Origin: Mesorhizobium sp. SCN 65-20
GTDB taxonomy: Bacteria > Pseudomonadota > Alphaproteobacteria > Rhizobiales > Rhizobiaceae
Reading direction: 5' to 3'
Length of the DNA: 64,000 nt
NCBI GenBank assembly: GCA_001724355.1
Contig: MEEF01000004.1
Coordinates: 6,121 to 70,120, forward strand
Shown piece by piece: positions 19,808 through 29,136 of this stretch. Made by a program: the position numbers and the translations under genes. Each line of letters starts with the position of its first letter. The stretch's first letter is position 1. The notes beneath the pieces were generated by a model. It was not told the DNA's origin, made no database searches, and worked only from the letters and a program-made list of their open reading frames with translations.

Positions 19808-22327
19808 TCAACCTTCCTCGGCATTGAGCCGGGTGGCATTTCCTCCAATTGTCCAATCGGCCGGATCGACGGTTCTCCCTTCCGCCTTCACCATACCGTC
19901 ACCGCCAAAACGAACCTCGCCATAGTCGGGATCGTCGACGATCAGTCCACCATCCTCGCCTGCGAGCACGGCGAGACCGGCGAACCGGGCGGCGAACGCA
20001 TCGAGCGATCCGGACGTCGCGCGGTCCCCAAGCCGAACAATCCAGGTCGACCGTCGGCCCGCGACGCGCAGTTCATTGCCCGCCGTCGGGCCGGAGGCCA
20101 CTTCGGCCATCGGCGCGCTGGCGCTGAGCAAGGCAAAGGCGTCGCCAGCTTCGGCGAGTGCGATCGCGCCGTCCAGACGCGAGGAGGAGAACATCTCGCG
20201 GGGAAACCAGGCATGGGTGAAATCGGGCTGCTCATCGGAGCAGTCGAATACGACCACCGCCAGTCCGCGATACTGGTGTACGCGCGGCAGCGTGCCGGAG
20301 CCGCCCCAGTATGAGGGACGGCCATAGCCGGACTGCAGCACCTCGCCCGGATGGTTGATCCATATCTGCGCGTCCGGGTTGGAGCCAAGCCGGATCTGGA
20401 TGACCGTTTCCTGATATCCCCACTGGTTCCAACGATAGGCGGCGGCCGTGCCCATGGCGTAGTCGCGGGTCTTGTAGTGATAGAGCCTAGCGAATCGGTC
20501 CTGGCCCTGGGCGAAAGTCCATTCCCAATGTTCGGGACCTGACACGGAGGCAATCCCCGCGAGTTCGGCCGGTACCTCCAGCTTGTGGTCGCGCAGGCAG
20601 AGCGCCAACTGCGGCAAGGCATGGAAACGCATGCCGTAGTAGCCCGTGCCCCAGACCATGCGGCAGATGCCCGAGAGTTCGAGCGAGCGCGAGGCGCGGA
20701 GCGTGTGCTCGTAGGAGCGCCCCTGCGCGCCGGTCATCTGCCCATGATGGGCGGAGCGGGCGATGATTTCGAGCAGGCGGACAATCGCCTTGCCGGCGCG
20801 GTCGCGAATATCGGCGTCCGGTGCCAGCGCGTAGAGCGCGCAAAGGCCCTTGAGGTCGATGGGGAAGTAGGGGGCCGAATTGAACTCGGCCATTTCCCAT
20901 TCTTCGAAATGATCGAGCCAGGCACGAACGCGCTCTGCGCCGACGGCCGATTGCTGCGCGCCTGACCGGCCTGAACGGACGAACCGTGCATCGGGCAGGA
21001 TGTGACCGGCAAGATAGGCCGCCGTGTGGAACAACAGGGCGTGGTTCTCGGAGAAGTACCACTGCACGTCGTTGCCGGGCTCATCCATCCAGTAGCGATA
21101 TCCGAGGATGGCGGCGTCGATGCGCTCGACCAGCGCGGGTGCTATGTCGCCGGCATAGACGGCGCGCGACCAGAGCAGGGGCACCAGGATGAAGTCGGCG
21201 CAGTCGTGACAGTCCTCGATTGCCGGCAGCGAAGCGGCGATCATTGCGTCGGTCCTGTCGCCGCCCCGCCCGGTGGAAAGGCGCGCAAGCGCGCAGACCG
21301 TATCCATCTCGGCATGCTCGGCGACCTGGTTCAGGGCCTCGTCGACCCTCGCGGACAGAGCGACGGGGGCGCTGCCCTGGCGCGTCGCGTGGCAGATTTC
21401 GACACCGAAGACGCGCGACACGGCATAACCGTCGATTTCAAGCGTCACCTTGAAATGACGGAAATCCGCGGGGAGATCGTTGGCGTTCGCGATCGCCACG
21501 CGTGTTTCACCGGCTCGGAGGGTCAATTCGCGGCGAACCGGCTTGTCGATGGACATGAAGTCGCCCTCGATCACTACCGTGACCAGGGCATCCGCAGGCA
21601 GGGCGATGTCGGAGACAAGCGCGACCTCGCCGTCATCGTAGGTCGCGCGGTCGAAGCGCATGGAATCGAGAAGCGCTTCCATTCGATCGGCGACCGATGC
21701 TGCCACCGTAAGCGGCATGGCCTGGGTTGCCGCCGGGCCGGAAAGATAGTCCAGCTGGAAATAGTAGCGCGCGTCGCGCTCGGCGAGGTCGTCGAACCAC
21801 ACGCGGATGTCGTTACGGCCCGGGTTGAGCGCCGCCGCGAACTCCTCGGCGGTTTCGAGGTTGCGGCCGTAAGGGGCCATCCCTCCGATTTCCCGGCCGT
21901 TGACGAACAGGATCGCGCCGCCGCAGGTGCGCAGTCGCAAGGTCGCATTGCCAGATGTGGCACAGTCGATGCTGGTCTCGGCCCAGGTTCCGATCACTGT
22001 GGGCCGGAACCAGAAACCGGACAGGTCAACGCGCGGCGAAGCAAAGGGCAGCCAGACCCGCTCCATCGCTGCTTCCGAGGCCGGCAACGGGCGTTTGCTT
22101 CGGCGCTCGACTGCGAACTGGGTGCGGCAGGGATATTCGTGCGGAATGAAGTTCTTGTGCTTGGTCAGGAAGAAGAAGGGGTCCATTTCCCCCTTCATCG
22201 GCTGGTCGGGCACGTCGTAGCGGGCCTCCGCGGTCGCGCTCAGGCGCCAATAGGTTATCGGCTGGCCCGCCGCCAGCGGCCGATTCAGGACATGACCTTC
22301 GGAGGTGGATCTGGCTGGAGCCGTCAT
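19808..22327 (-). CDS. Large hypothetical protein (839 aa), putative carbohydrate-active enzyme
   Basis: Start overlaps kduI stop (ATGA); motifs YRYW, WYFSENH, EFNS.PY; no family assigned with certainty. Confidence 0.75.
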   Translation of the reverse strand: MTAPARSTSEGHVLNRPLAAGQPITYWRLSATAEARYDVPDQPMKGEMDPFFFLTKHKNFIPHEYPCRTQFAVERRSKRPLPASEAAMERVWLPFASPRVDLSGFWFRPTVIGTWAETSIDCATSGNATLRLRTCGGAILFVNGREIGGMAPYGRNLETAEEFAAALNPGRNDIRVWFDDLAERDARYYFQLDYLSGPAATQAMPLTVAASVADRMEALLDSMRFDRATYDDGEVALVSDIALPADALVTVVIEGDFMSIDKPVRRELTLRAGETRVAIANANDLPADFRHFKVTLEIDGYAVSRVFGVEICHATRQGSAPVALSARVDEALNQVAEHAEMDTVCALARLSTGRGGDRTDAMIAASLPAIEDCHDCADFILVPLLWSRAVYAGDIAPALVERIDAAILGYRYWMDEPGNDVQWYFSENHALLFHTAAYLAGHILPDARFVRSGRSGAQQSAVGAERVRAWLDHFEEWEMAEFNSAPYFPIDLKGLCALYALAPDADIRDRAGKAIVRLLEIIARSAHHGQMTGAQGRSYEHTLRASRSLELSGICRMVWGTGYYGMRFHALPQLALCLRDHKLEVPAELAGIASVSGPEHWEWTFAQGQDRFARLYHYKTRDYAMGTAAAYRWNQWGYQETVIQIRLGSNPDAQIWINHPGEVLQSGYGRPSYWGGSGTLPRVHQYRGLAVVVFDCSDEQPDFTHAWFPREMFSSSRLDGAIALAEAGDAFALLSASAPMAEVASGPTAGNELRVAGRRSTWIVRLGDRATSGSLDAFAARFAGLAVLAGEDGGLIVDDPDYGEVRFGGDGMVKAEGRTVDPADWTIGGNATRLNAEEG

Positions 22328-23157
22328 TTCAGCTCCTTGATGGCGACCGGGTCGACGTCGTTGTACGCCTGGTTTTCGCCGGTCATGCCCCAGACGAAGG
22401 CGTAAGGTCCGGTGCCTGCGCCCATGTGGATCGACCAGGCTGGAGAGAGGACCGCATTGCCGTTGGCGACGATCAGGCTGCGGGTCTGATCGGGACGGCC
22501 CATCAAATGGATCACGCGGTCTTCGTCGGACAGGTCGAAATAGCAATAGGCCTCCATGCGCCGCTCGTGCAGGTGCGGCGGCATGGTGTTCCACACACTG
22601 CCGGGGGCCAGATCGGTGATGCCCATCAGAAGCAGGCACGATGGCGCCACCTCCGGATGGATGTACATCACCAGGCGGCGCTTGTTCGACCGAGACGCAT
22701 CGCCCAGATCGAGCGGCTTGCCCTCCGAGCGGACGATGAGGCGATGGGGGATGTCGGCCCCGGCGGGTACGGAGTTCATGTAGAACCGTGCCGGTGTCGA
22801 CGCGTCGTCGCTGGCCAGCGTGACGGAGCGCGCGCCGCGACCGACATAGACAATATCGCGATTGGCGACGGCGAAACGCCGGCCGTCGATCTCGACGCTG
22901 CCCGGTCCGCCGAGGTTGGCGATGCCCATTTCGCGCGCGCTGAAGAAGTACTCGGTCCCGACCTCCGCACCTGCGCCAAAACTCAGCGGGGTCGCCAGAG
23001 GCACGGCCCCTCCGAGGATCATGCGGTCGACATGGGTGTAGACGAAATTGATCTCGCCCGCGGCAAACAGATCCTCGATGAGGAACTCCGATCTCAGGCG
23101 GTCGGTGTCCATGGCCGCGATGTCGCCGGGAGATGTGCCGTAGATCACGCGCATCAT
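22324..23157 (-). CDS. kduI: 5-dehydro-4-deoxy-D-glucuronate isomerase
   Basis: YTHVDRM, WNTMPPHLHERRMEAY, SPAWSIH.G.G. Confidence 0.93.
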   Translation of the reverse strand: MMRVIYGTSPGDIAAMDTDRLRSEFLIEDLFAAGEINFVYTHVDRMILGGAVPLATPLSFGAGAEVGTEYFFSAREMGIANLGGPGSVEIDGRRFAVANRDIVYVGRGARSVTLASDDASTPARFYMNSVPAGADIPHRLIVRSEGKPLDLGDASRSNKRRLVMYIHPEVAPSCLLLMGITDLAPGSVWNTMPPHLHERRMEAYCYFDLSDEDRVIHLMGRPDQTRSLIVANGNAVLSPAWSIHMGAGTGPYAFVWGMTGENQAYNDVDPVAIKELK

Positions 23158-24254
23158 GCGGCCTCCTTTATCGTGCCGAGCGTCTCCAGCCCCTCCGTCA
23201 GGCACAAGATGGCGAGCGCTTGGCCGTAGCCGGTCGGCTGGATTGGAATGTCGCGGTAGAACTGCAGGTCGTGTCCCATGCGCGTACCGTAGGAGACATT
23301 CGAGACGACGCCTTCGGCGCTGATGTTCGCCATTACCGCGCCCAGCGCGCGCAGGCCGGCCTGCCGGTGCTCGGGGCCTGCGAGGCCAAGTCTCGCGGCC
23401 TTCATCAGGCCGTAGCCGAAGCCTGCGGTGGCGGATATCTCTTCATAGGACGACGGATCGTCGAGCAGCGTATGCCACGCGCCGGAAGGCGCCTGCAGTC
23501 TAAGCAAGGCATCCGTCTGTGCGCCGAGCACGCCGAGCAGGAATTCGCGCACCGACGGCGAGGTGTCGGCCAGTTCGATCAGCTCCAGGATGCCGACCGT
23601 GATCCAGCTGTTGCCTCGGCCCCAAAGCGCCCGGGCGAAGTTGTGCCGGCCGTCGAAAGTCCAGCCGTGAAACCAGAGACCGGTGGTCGGATCAGCCAGA
23701 TAGCGTGCATGGACCAGGAATTGCCGCTCCGCCTCGTCGACCAGCCGACGCTGGCCCGATGCCTGCCCGAAGGACGCCAGGAACAAGGCGACCATGAACA
23801 GCGTGTCGTCCCACAGTTCATCGTCGTTGATCTTGTCGGAGACATTGTGCTGGAAACCGCCTTCGGGCGTGCGCGGCATCGTTTCGATTATGCGCGTGGC
23901 CCAGTCCTGCAGGATCGCCTCGAAACGCGGCTGGCGCTTGTTCGCCCAGATCCGGCTCAGGGCCAGCAAAGGGGCGGTGGTGTTGACGTTCATCCCGGGC
24001 AGGCCGGCAGCGATGCGCCGGTCGTACCAGTCCTCGATGGTGGCGAGCAGCTTCTCGTCGCCGCTGCGCTCGCAAATGCGCGAAAGACCATAAAGGCCCA
24101 CCCCCTGTGGCCACTCCCAGCTGTCGAAGCTGACATAGTCTCCCGGGGTGCCGTCGAGGTTCGGCTCGTGGAAGCGCCCGTCGGCCCGAAGGCCGGTCAT
24201 GCCCTTCACGAGGCTGGCAAGTGCCGCCTCGACCTGCTGTACGGAAAGCGACAT
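23154..24254 (-). CDS. Glycoside hydrolase family 105 (unsaturated uronyl hydrolase, YteR-like)
   Basis: WEWPQGV, LWDDTLFM, WGRGNSW, E.SATAG; RBS GGAGG. Confidence 0.9.
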   Translation of the reverse strand: MSLSVQQVEAALASLVKGMTGLRADGRFHEPNLDGTPGDYVSFDSWEWPQGVGLYGLSRICERSGDEKLLATIEDWYDRRIAAGLPGMNVNTTAPLLALSRIWANKRQPRFEAILQDWATRIIETMPRTPEGGFQHNVSDKINDDELWDDTLFMVALFLASFGQASGQRRLVDEAERQFLVHARYLADPTTGLWFHGWTFDGRHNFARALWGRGNSWITVGILELIELADTSPSVREFLLGVLGAQTDALLRLQAPSGAWHTLLDDPSSYEEISATAGFGYGLMKAARLGLAGPEHRQAGLRALGAVMANISAEGVVSNVSYGTRMGHDLQFYRDIPIQPTGYGQALAILCLTEGLETLGTIKEAA

Positions 24255-24293
24255 GGCTCCTCCCAAGGGCTTCCTTGGACGAAGGTTCCACAA

Positions 24294-24328
24294 GCAAATT
24301 TGTTGCGCAATCTGAAAACTTTTTGCAG
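24294..24328. promoter_or_regulatory. Candidate LacI operator(s)
   Basis: TTGCGCAA palindrome and CTGAAAACTTTTTGCAG in the AT-rich divergent spacer. Confidence 0.4.
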
Positions 24329-24356
24329 GATGTGCAGCGCAGTCATTGAGGCAACC

Positions 24357-25427
24357 ATGGACGGCAAGCGCGGAAGGCCGAACCGCAGGGTGCGGCTTGA
24401 AGAAGTGGCCAAGCGCTGTGGCGTGTCGGTCAGCACTGCCTCGCGCGCGCTGACTGGTGCGGCAGGTGTCCGCGAGCCCATGCGTGCGGCAATCATCGAG
24501 GCCGCGCGATCCCTCAGCTACGCGATGCCGACCTCGGTCGTCGGCCGCAAGGTGATCGTCGCGGCAAGCAGCGCTGCCATGATCGACAATTCGCGCTCCC
24601 AGTTCACTTTCCATGTGCTCGACGGCCTCAACGAGCGCGCGCGTGTGCTGGGGGTGGAGCTTGCCACGCGGCCGGTGGCTGGTCCCGAGGACGAACTGGC
24701 GCTGTTGCGCGATGCGGAAGCCGACCCCTCGGTCGCCGGCTGCCTGTTCCTCACGCTCGAGGACGACATGCTGCCGCTCACGCACGGGTTTTCCAAGCCC
24801 ATCGTACTGATCAACGGCGACGATCCGTCCATGCGCCATTCGAGCGTTACCCCCTGCAACAGGGCGGCGGCACAGTTCGCTGCCACGCATCTGCTGCAGC
24901 TTGGCCATCGGCGCATTCTCTTCCTGATGCGGCGCGGGCGGCGCACCATCGAACGCCGCTTCGAAGGCTGGCGCGACGCACTGACGGCGAAGGGTGTAGG
25001 CGCCATCGAAGACCTGGTGGTGGAGGTGGACGACTGGTTGCCCGAGCTTGCGGCGGCGGCGATCGCGCGGCGCATCGAGGCTCGAGGTGTGGATTTCACC
25101 GCCGTCCTCACCGCCGGCGACAGCCTGGCTTATGGCGCCATCCTGGGGCTGGAGCAGAAAGGTGTCGCGGTGCCCGAAGAGGTGTCGGTCATTGGCATGG
25201 ACGATCTGCCGCAATCGGCCTTCTGCAGTCCGCCGCTGACGGCCATGCACATCCCCATGCGCGAACTGGGGTCGGTGGCGCTCAGCCTGCTCCTGGATCA
25301 TCTGGGTGGCGGCCCGATGCTGGCACGCCGCGTCGAACTGGCTTGCAGGCTGGTCGAAAGACAGTCGACGGCGCCGGTCCGCAAGCATCGCCTTGACCTT
25401 CAGGCGTCAGGCGCGAAGAGCCGGTAG
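24357..25427 (+). CDS. LacI family transcriptional regulator
   Basis: LEEVAKRCGVSVSTASRAL; LGHRRI; VPEEVSVIGMDD. Confidence 0.93.
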   Translation: MDGKRGRPNRRVRLEEVAKRCGVSVSTASRALTGAAGVREPMRAAIIEAARSLSYAMPTSVVGRKVIVAASSAAMIDNSRSQFTFHVLDGLNERARVLGVELATRPVAGPEDELALLRDAEADPSVAGCLFLTLEDDMLPLTHGFSKPIVLINGDDPSMRHSSVTPCNRAAAQFAATHLLQLGHRRILFLMRRGRRTIERRFEGWRDALTAKGVGAIEDLVVEVDDWLPELAAAAIARRIEARGVDFTAVLTAGDSLAYGAILGLEQKGVAVPEEVSVIGMDDLPQSAFCSPPLTAMHIPMRELGSVALSLLLDHLGGGPMLARRVELACRLVERQSTAPVRKHRLDLQASGAKSR

Positions 25428-25930
25428 CGACCGGCCGAAAACACCATCGGCTCGCCCTCGCGCGAAGTCATGCGCAACACCCGGCCAAGCAGCATCTCAT
25501 GATCGCCGCCGGTGAAACGGTTGGCGGTCCTGCATTCGAACCGCGCCAGCGCACCCGGCAGCAGCGGTGCACCCTCGTCGCTGTAGGCAAGATCGACGCC
25601 GGAGAAGTCCTGGCCCGAGCGGGCGAAGCGCCAGCACAGGTCGTGCTGTTCGAGCGCGAGGACATGGACCGCGAAATGTTCGCATTCGGCGAAGGCCGCA
25701 AACCTGCTCGAGTGGCGTCCAATGCCCCACATGACCAAAGGCGGGTCGAGCGACACGGAGGAGAAGCTGTTGGCGGTGATGCCCAGCGGGCCGTTCGGTG
25801 TCTGGGTGGTCACGATCGTGACTCCCGTCGCAAATCGGCCGAACGCGTTCCTGAGTGGCCGCGGATCGTCCGCCTGGGGGACAAGCACCGGCGGCACCTG
25901 ATGGGCGCTGGCGATCAATTCGGTCTGCAT
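25400..25930 (-). CDS. smoA: Flavin reductase, SmoA-like partner of SmoC
   Basis: FATGVTIVT, TANSFSSVSLDPPLV, GGDH; directly downstream of the smoC-like gene. Confidence 0.75.
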   Translation of the reverse strand: MQTELIASAHQVPPVLVPQADDPRPLRNAFGRFATGVTIVTTQTPNGPLGITANSFSSVSLDPPLVMWGIGRHSSRFAAFAECEHFAVHVLALEQHDLCWRFARSGQDFSGVDLAYSDEGAPLLPGALARFECRTANRFTGGDHEMLLGRVLRMTSREGEPMVFSAGRYRLFAPDA

Positions 25931-25943
25931 GGCGACTCCCCAG

Positions 25944-27101
25944 TCATTGGCGGATTCCGGTCCCGAGCGGCGTTGCCGGCATGGCTGCCGGAACCCGGCC
26001 ATAGGCATGCGGCAGCGAACAGGTCTTGAGGTGCGGCAGGACCTTCGTGCCGAAGTGACGGCACTCGTCGAGATGCGGGTAGCCGGAAAAGATGAAGGCG
26101 CGGATGCCCATCTTCTGGTAGGCCTCGATCTCGCCCATCACCTGATCGACCGAGCCGACGATCGCTGCACCGCAGCCTGAGCGCGCGCGGCCGACGCCGG
26201 TCCATAGATGAGGCTCGATGTAGCCTTCCTCGTCGGCCAGGTCGCGGTTTCGCGCCTGTTGGGCAACGCCCAGGGACCTGGCGTCGAGGGCGCGTGCGCG
26301 GATCGCGGCACCCTGGTCGGCATCCAGTTTCGAGACCAGCTCGCGGGCATATTCGCGGGCCTCGGCTTCGGTGTCGCGCACGACCATGTGGATGCGCAGG
26401 CCGTAGTCCAGCGTCCGGCCGTGGCGCGCGGCGCGCTCGTGCACGGCCCTCATGTGCTGCGCCAACTCGTCCTTCTTGGCTGGCCACATGAGATAGACGT
26501 CGCATTGCTCGGCGCAGAGCTCGAGCGCGTCGGGTGAATAGCCGCCGAAATAGAGCAGGGGGCCGCCGTTCTGCTGATAGGGCTTGGCCGGAGCGGTGGT
26601 CAGGCCCTTGAAACGATAGATCTCGCCTTCGTGGTCGAAGTCGTCACGAGCCCAGGCCTGCCGCAATATCTGCACGACCTCGCGCGAGCGCTGGTAGCGA
26701 TAGGCACTGTCTGCGGTTTCGCCGGGAAAATCCGACGAGATGACGTTGATCGTCAGCCGGCCTTCAAGCATGTGATCGAGTGTGGCTATGGTGCGCGCCA
26801 GCATGATCGGATGCATTTCGCCGCATCTGACCGCTGCCAGCATGTTGATGCTCGATGTGATTGGGGCGCAGCCTGCGACGAAGCTGAGCGTGTCCTGTCC
26901 AACCTGATAGGAGGACGGACACAGGATGTTGCGAAAGCCGAGCTCTTCCGAAAGCTTCACGATGTCCGAGCAGTGCTCCCAACTGGAGCGCAGGCCTCCA
27001 TCCGGTACCCCGAGATATCTGTAATCATCCGAACAGAGGGCCGAAAACCACGACACCTCGGCGGCGTCGAGATCGGCGGAGGTGATTGGCACGACGGTCA
27101 T
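25944..27101 (-). CDS. smoC: Sulfoquinovose monooxygenase (luciferase-like FMNH2-dependent monooxygenase)
   Basis: EVSWFSALCSDDY, LCPSSYQVGQD, YFGGYSP, WTGVGRARSGCGAA, GYPHLDE match my recollection of Agrobacterium SmoC along its full length. Confidence 0.82.
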   Translation of the reverse strand: MTVVPITSADLDAAEVSWFSALCSDDYRYLGVPDGGLRSSWEHCSDIVKLSEELGFRNILCPSSYQVGQDTLSFVAGCAPITSSINMLAAVRCGEMHPIMLARTIATLDHMLEGRLTINVISSDFPGETADSAYRYQRSREVVQILRQAWARDDFDHEGEIYRFKGLTTAPAKPYQQNGGPLLYFGGYSPDALELCAEQCDVYLMWPAKKDELAQHMRAVHERAARHGRTLDYGLRIHMVVRDTEAEAREYARELVSKLDADQGAAIRARALDARSLGVAQQARNRDLADEEGYIEPHLWTGVGRARSGCGAAIVGSVDQVMGEIEAYQKMGIRAFIFSGYPHLDECRHFGTKVLPHLKTCSLPHAYGRVPAAMPATPLGTGIRQ

Positions 27102-27170
27102 GATGGCCTCGGTGGAAAGTGCCGGCTTGCGACGCCAATTTCCTATTGCTTATCACTCCGAATGATGTAG

Positions 27171-27192
27171 ATCAATACTGTATCAATTTGAT
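27171..27192. promoter_or_regulatory. Candidate SmoD/GntR operator
   Basis: ATCAATACTGT-ATCAATTTGAT with nested palindromes (ATAC-t-GTAT; ATCAA-t-TTGAT) in the divergent spacer. Confidence 0.5.
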
Positions 27193-27198
27193 GGCGCG

Positions 27199-27963
27199 AT
27201 GAGCGAAACAGCCAAGACGAGAAGCCCTTCGGGCCTGGAACGCGCGCAATCTGGCTCGCCTGCGGTCCTTCGCGGCGCGCTGCCGGCGCATATGCAGATT
27301 AGCGAGATGTTGATCCGGGAGATCATGGCCGGCCGACTGGCGAATGGTGCGCGTCTGCCGCCCGAACGCGAAATGGCGGCAAGTCTCAAGGTCGCTGTCG
27401 GCACCCTGCGACGCGCGCTCCAGGATCTCCAGGAGAAGGGCTTGCTGGAGCGCATTCAGGGCTCCGGCAATTATGTGCGCGCCCGCGAGGAACTGCTCGG
27501 CGTCTACGCGTTCTTCCGGCTCGAGCTGATCGAGGGAGGGGGGCTGCCCAGCGCTGCGATCCTGTCGGTCGACACGATGTCCAAGCCGGCCAATTTGCCG
27601 ACGTTCGGACCGTCCGCTCACGGCCATCGCATCCGCCGCCTCCGGCGGCTGGGCGGAAGGCCGGCGGCACTGGAGGAGATCTGGGTCGATGGCGCACGCG
27701 CGCAAAGCCTGCAGGCCGAGGACCTCTCTGAATCGCTCTACCTGCATTATCGGCTGGTCCTGGGGTTCACGATCGCGCAAGCCGAGGACCGCGTCGGCAT
27801 CGGCCTCACCCCAGAATGGTCGCCCCCGGAATTCGCGCCCAAGCCGGGTGCGACGGTGGGCTACATAGAGCGGTTCGCCACCGCCGATGATGGCCAAGGC
27901 GTGGAATACTCGCAAACATGGTTTGACCCGGATGTGGCGCGCTACGTCACGCGGTTTCGCTGA
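27199..27963 (+). CDS. smoD: GntR/HutC family regulator with UTRA domain, SmoD-like
   Basis: RLPPEREMA...VAVGTLRRAL...QGSGNYV; divergent from smoC. Confidence 0.72.
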   Translation: MSETAKTRSPSGLERAQSGSPAVLRGALPAHMQISEMLIREIMAGRLANGARLPPEREMAASLKVAVGTLRRALQDLQEKGLLERIQGSGNYVRAREELLGVYAFFRLELIEGGGLPSAAILSVDTMSKPANLPTFGPSAHGHRIRRLRRLGGRPAALEEIWVDGARAQSLQAEDLSESLYLHYRLVLGFTIAQAEDRVGIGLTPEWSPPEFAPKPGATVGYIERFATADDGQGVEYSQTWFDPDVARYVTRFR

Positions 27964-27973
27964 GGAGCGCTGA

Positions 27974-29083
27974 ATGAAAGCAAGGCTCGGCTATGGGATC
28001 ATCGGCTGCGGCATGATGGGCCAGGAGCATATCCGCAACATCAATCTGCTCGACGATGCCTATGCGGCGGCAATCTACGAACCGGACGCCGGCATGATGT
28101 CGCGTGCGCTGGCGTTGGCTCCCGATGCGAAGCCTGTCGGCTCGATCGCCGAACTGCTTGCGAGACCCGACATCGATTGCCTGCTGATCGCCAGCCCGAA
28201 TTTCCTGCATGTCGACCAACTGGAGCAGATCGCCGCCACGCGCCCGCTGCCGGTGCTCGTCGAAAAGCCGTTGTTCACCGACCCTGCCGACTCGGCAAGG
28301 CTCGCAGCGATCGCCCGACGTCTTCCGCTCGTCTGGGTGGCGATGGAATATCGCTACATGCCGCCGGTAGCGGCCTTCATCGCCGACGCGGCAAAGGCCA
28401 CCGGCGGAATCCGCATGCTCACGATACGGGAGCACCGTTTTCCGTTCCTGTCGAAGGTCGGCGATTGGAACCGGTTCAACCGCAACACCGGCGGCACCTT
28501 GGTCGAGAAATGCTGCCATTTCTTCGACCTGATGCGGCTCATCCTGAAATCCGACCCGGTTCGCATCATGGCGAGCGCGGGGCAGGCGGTGAACCATCTG
28601 GACGAACGATATGACGGGGAAACCCCGGATATCTGGGACCATGGATATGTGCTGGTCGATTTCGCTAGCGGCGCCCGCGCCATGCTGGAGCTCTGCATGT
28701 TTGCCGAAGGCAGCAGTTATCAGGAGGAGATCTCGGCGGTCGGAGCGGAAGGCAAGATCGAGTGTCTCGTTCCGGGTCCGACGCGATTCTGGCCGGCGCA
28801 TCTCGGCGCGCCGCCGGCACCCCAGGTGATCATCAGCCCCCGCAACCCGCCAGGCCCACGCACGCTCGAAATCCCCGTCGACCAGGCGCTGCTCGATGCG
28901 GGAGACCACAATGGATCGACCTTCTTCCAGCACCGGAAGTTCGTGGACGCGATCCGCTTAGATGGTCCGGCGGAGGTCTCGTTGACGGATGGCCGGTGGG
29001 CAGTGGCCATGGGCATGGCAGCTCAGGTTTCGGCGCAGCAGGGACGCGTCGTCAGCATGGATGGTGGTTGGCGTCCGGGATAG
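27974..29083 (+). CDS. sqgA: NAD+-dependent sulfoquinovosidase (GH188, Gfo/Idh/MocA fold)
   Basis: GCGMMG, VEKP, MEYRYMP, EHRFPFL.KVGDWNRF, LVEKCCHFFDL recalled as the GH188 pattern; smo context. Confidence 0.75.
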   Translation: MKARLGYGIIGCGMMGQEHIRNINLLDDAYAAAIYEPDAGMMSRALALAPDAKPVGSIAELLARPDIDCLLIASPNFLHVDQLEQIAATRPLPVLVEKPLFTDPADSARLAAIARRLPLVWVAMEYRYMPPVAAFIADAAKATGGIRMLTIREHRFPFLSKVGDWNRFNRNTGGTLVEKCCHFFDLMRLILKSDPVRIMASAGQAVNHLDERYDGETPDIWDHGYVLVDFASGARAMLELCMFAEGSSYQEEISAVGAEGKIECLVPGPTRFWPAHLGAPPAPQVIISPRNPPGPRTLEIPVDQALLDAGDHNGSTFFQHRKFVDAIRLDGPAEVSLTDGRWAVAMGMAAQVSAQQGRVVSMDGGWRPG

Positions 29084-29136
29084 CCGGAGCTGTAATCTTG
29101 TAACGGTCCGGGGGCCAGCGCCGCGGAGATGGCCAC

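Noticed and set aside
23133-25427. Apparent 764-aa and 744-aa ORFs suggesting LacI or GH105 fusions
   Set aside because: The N-terminal extensions are antisense to the neighbouring gene; real starts are at 24357 and 24254
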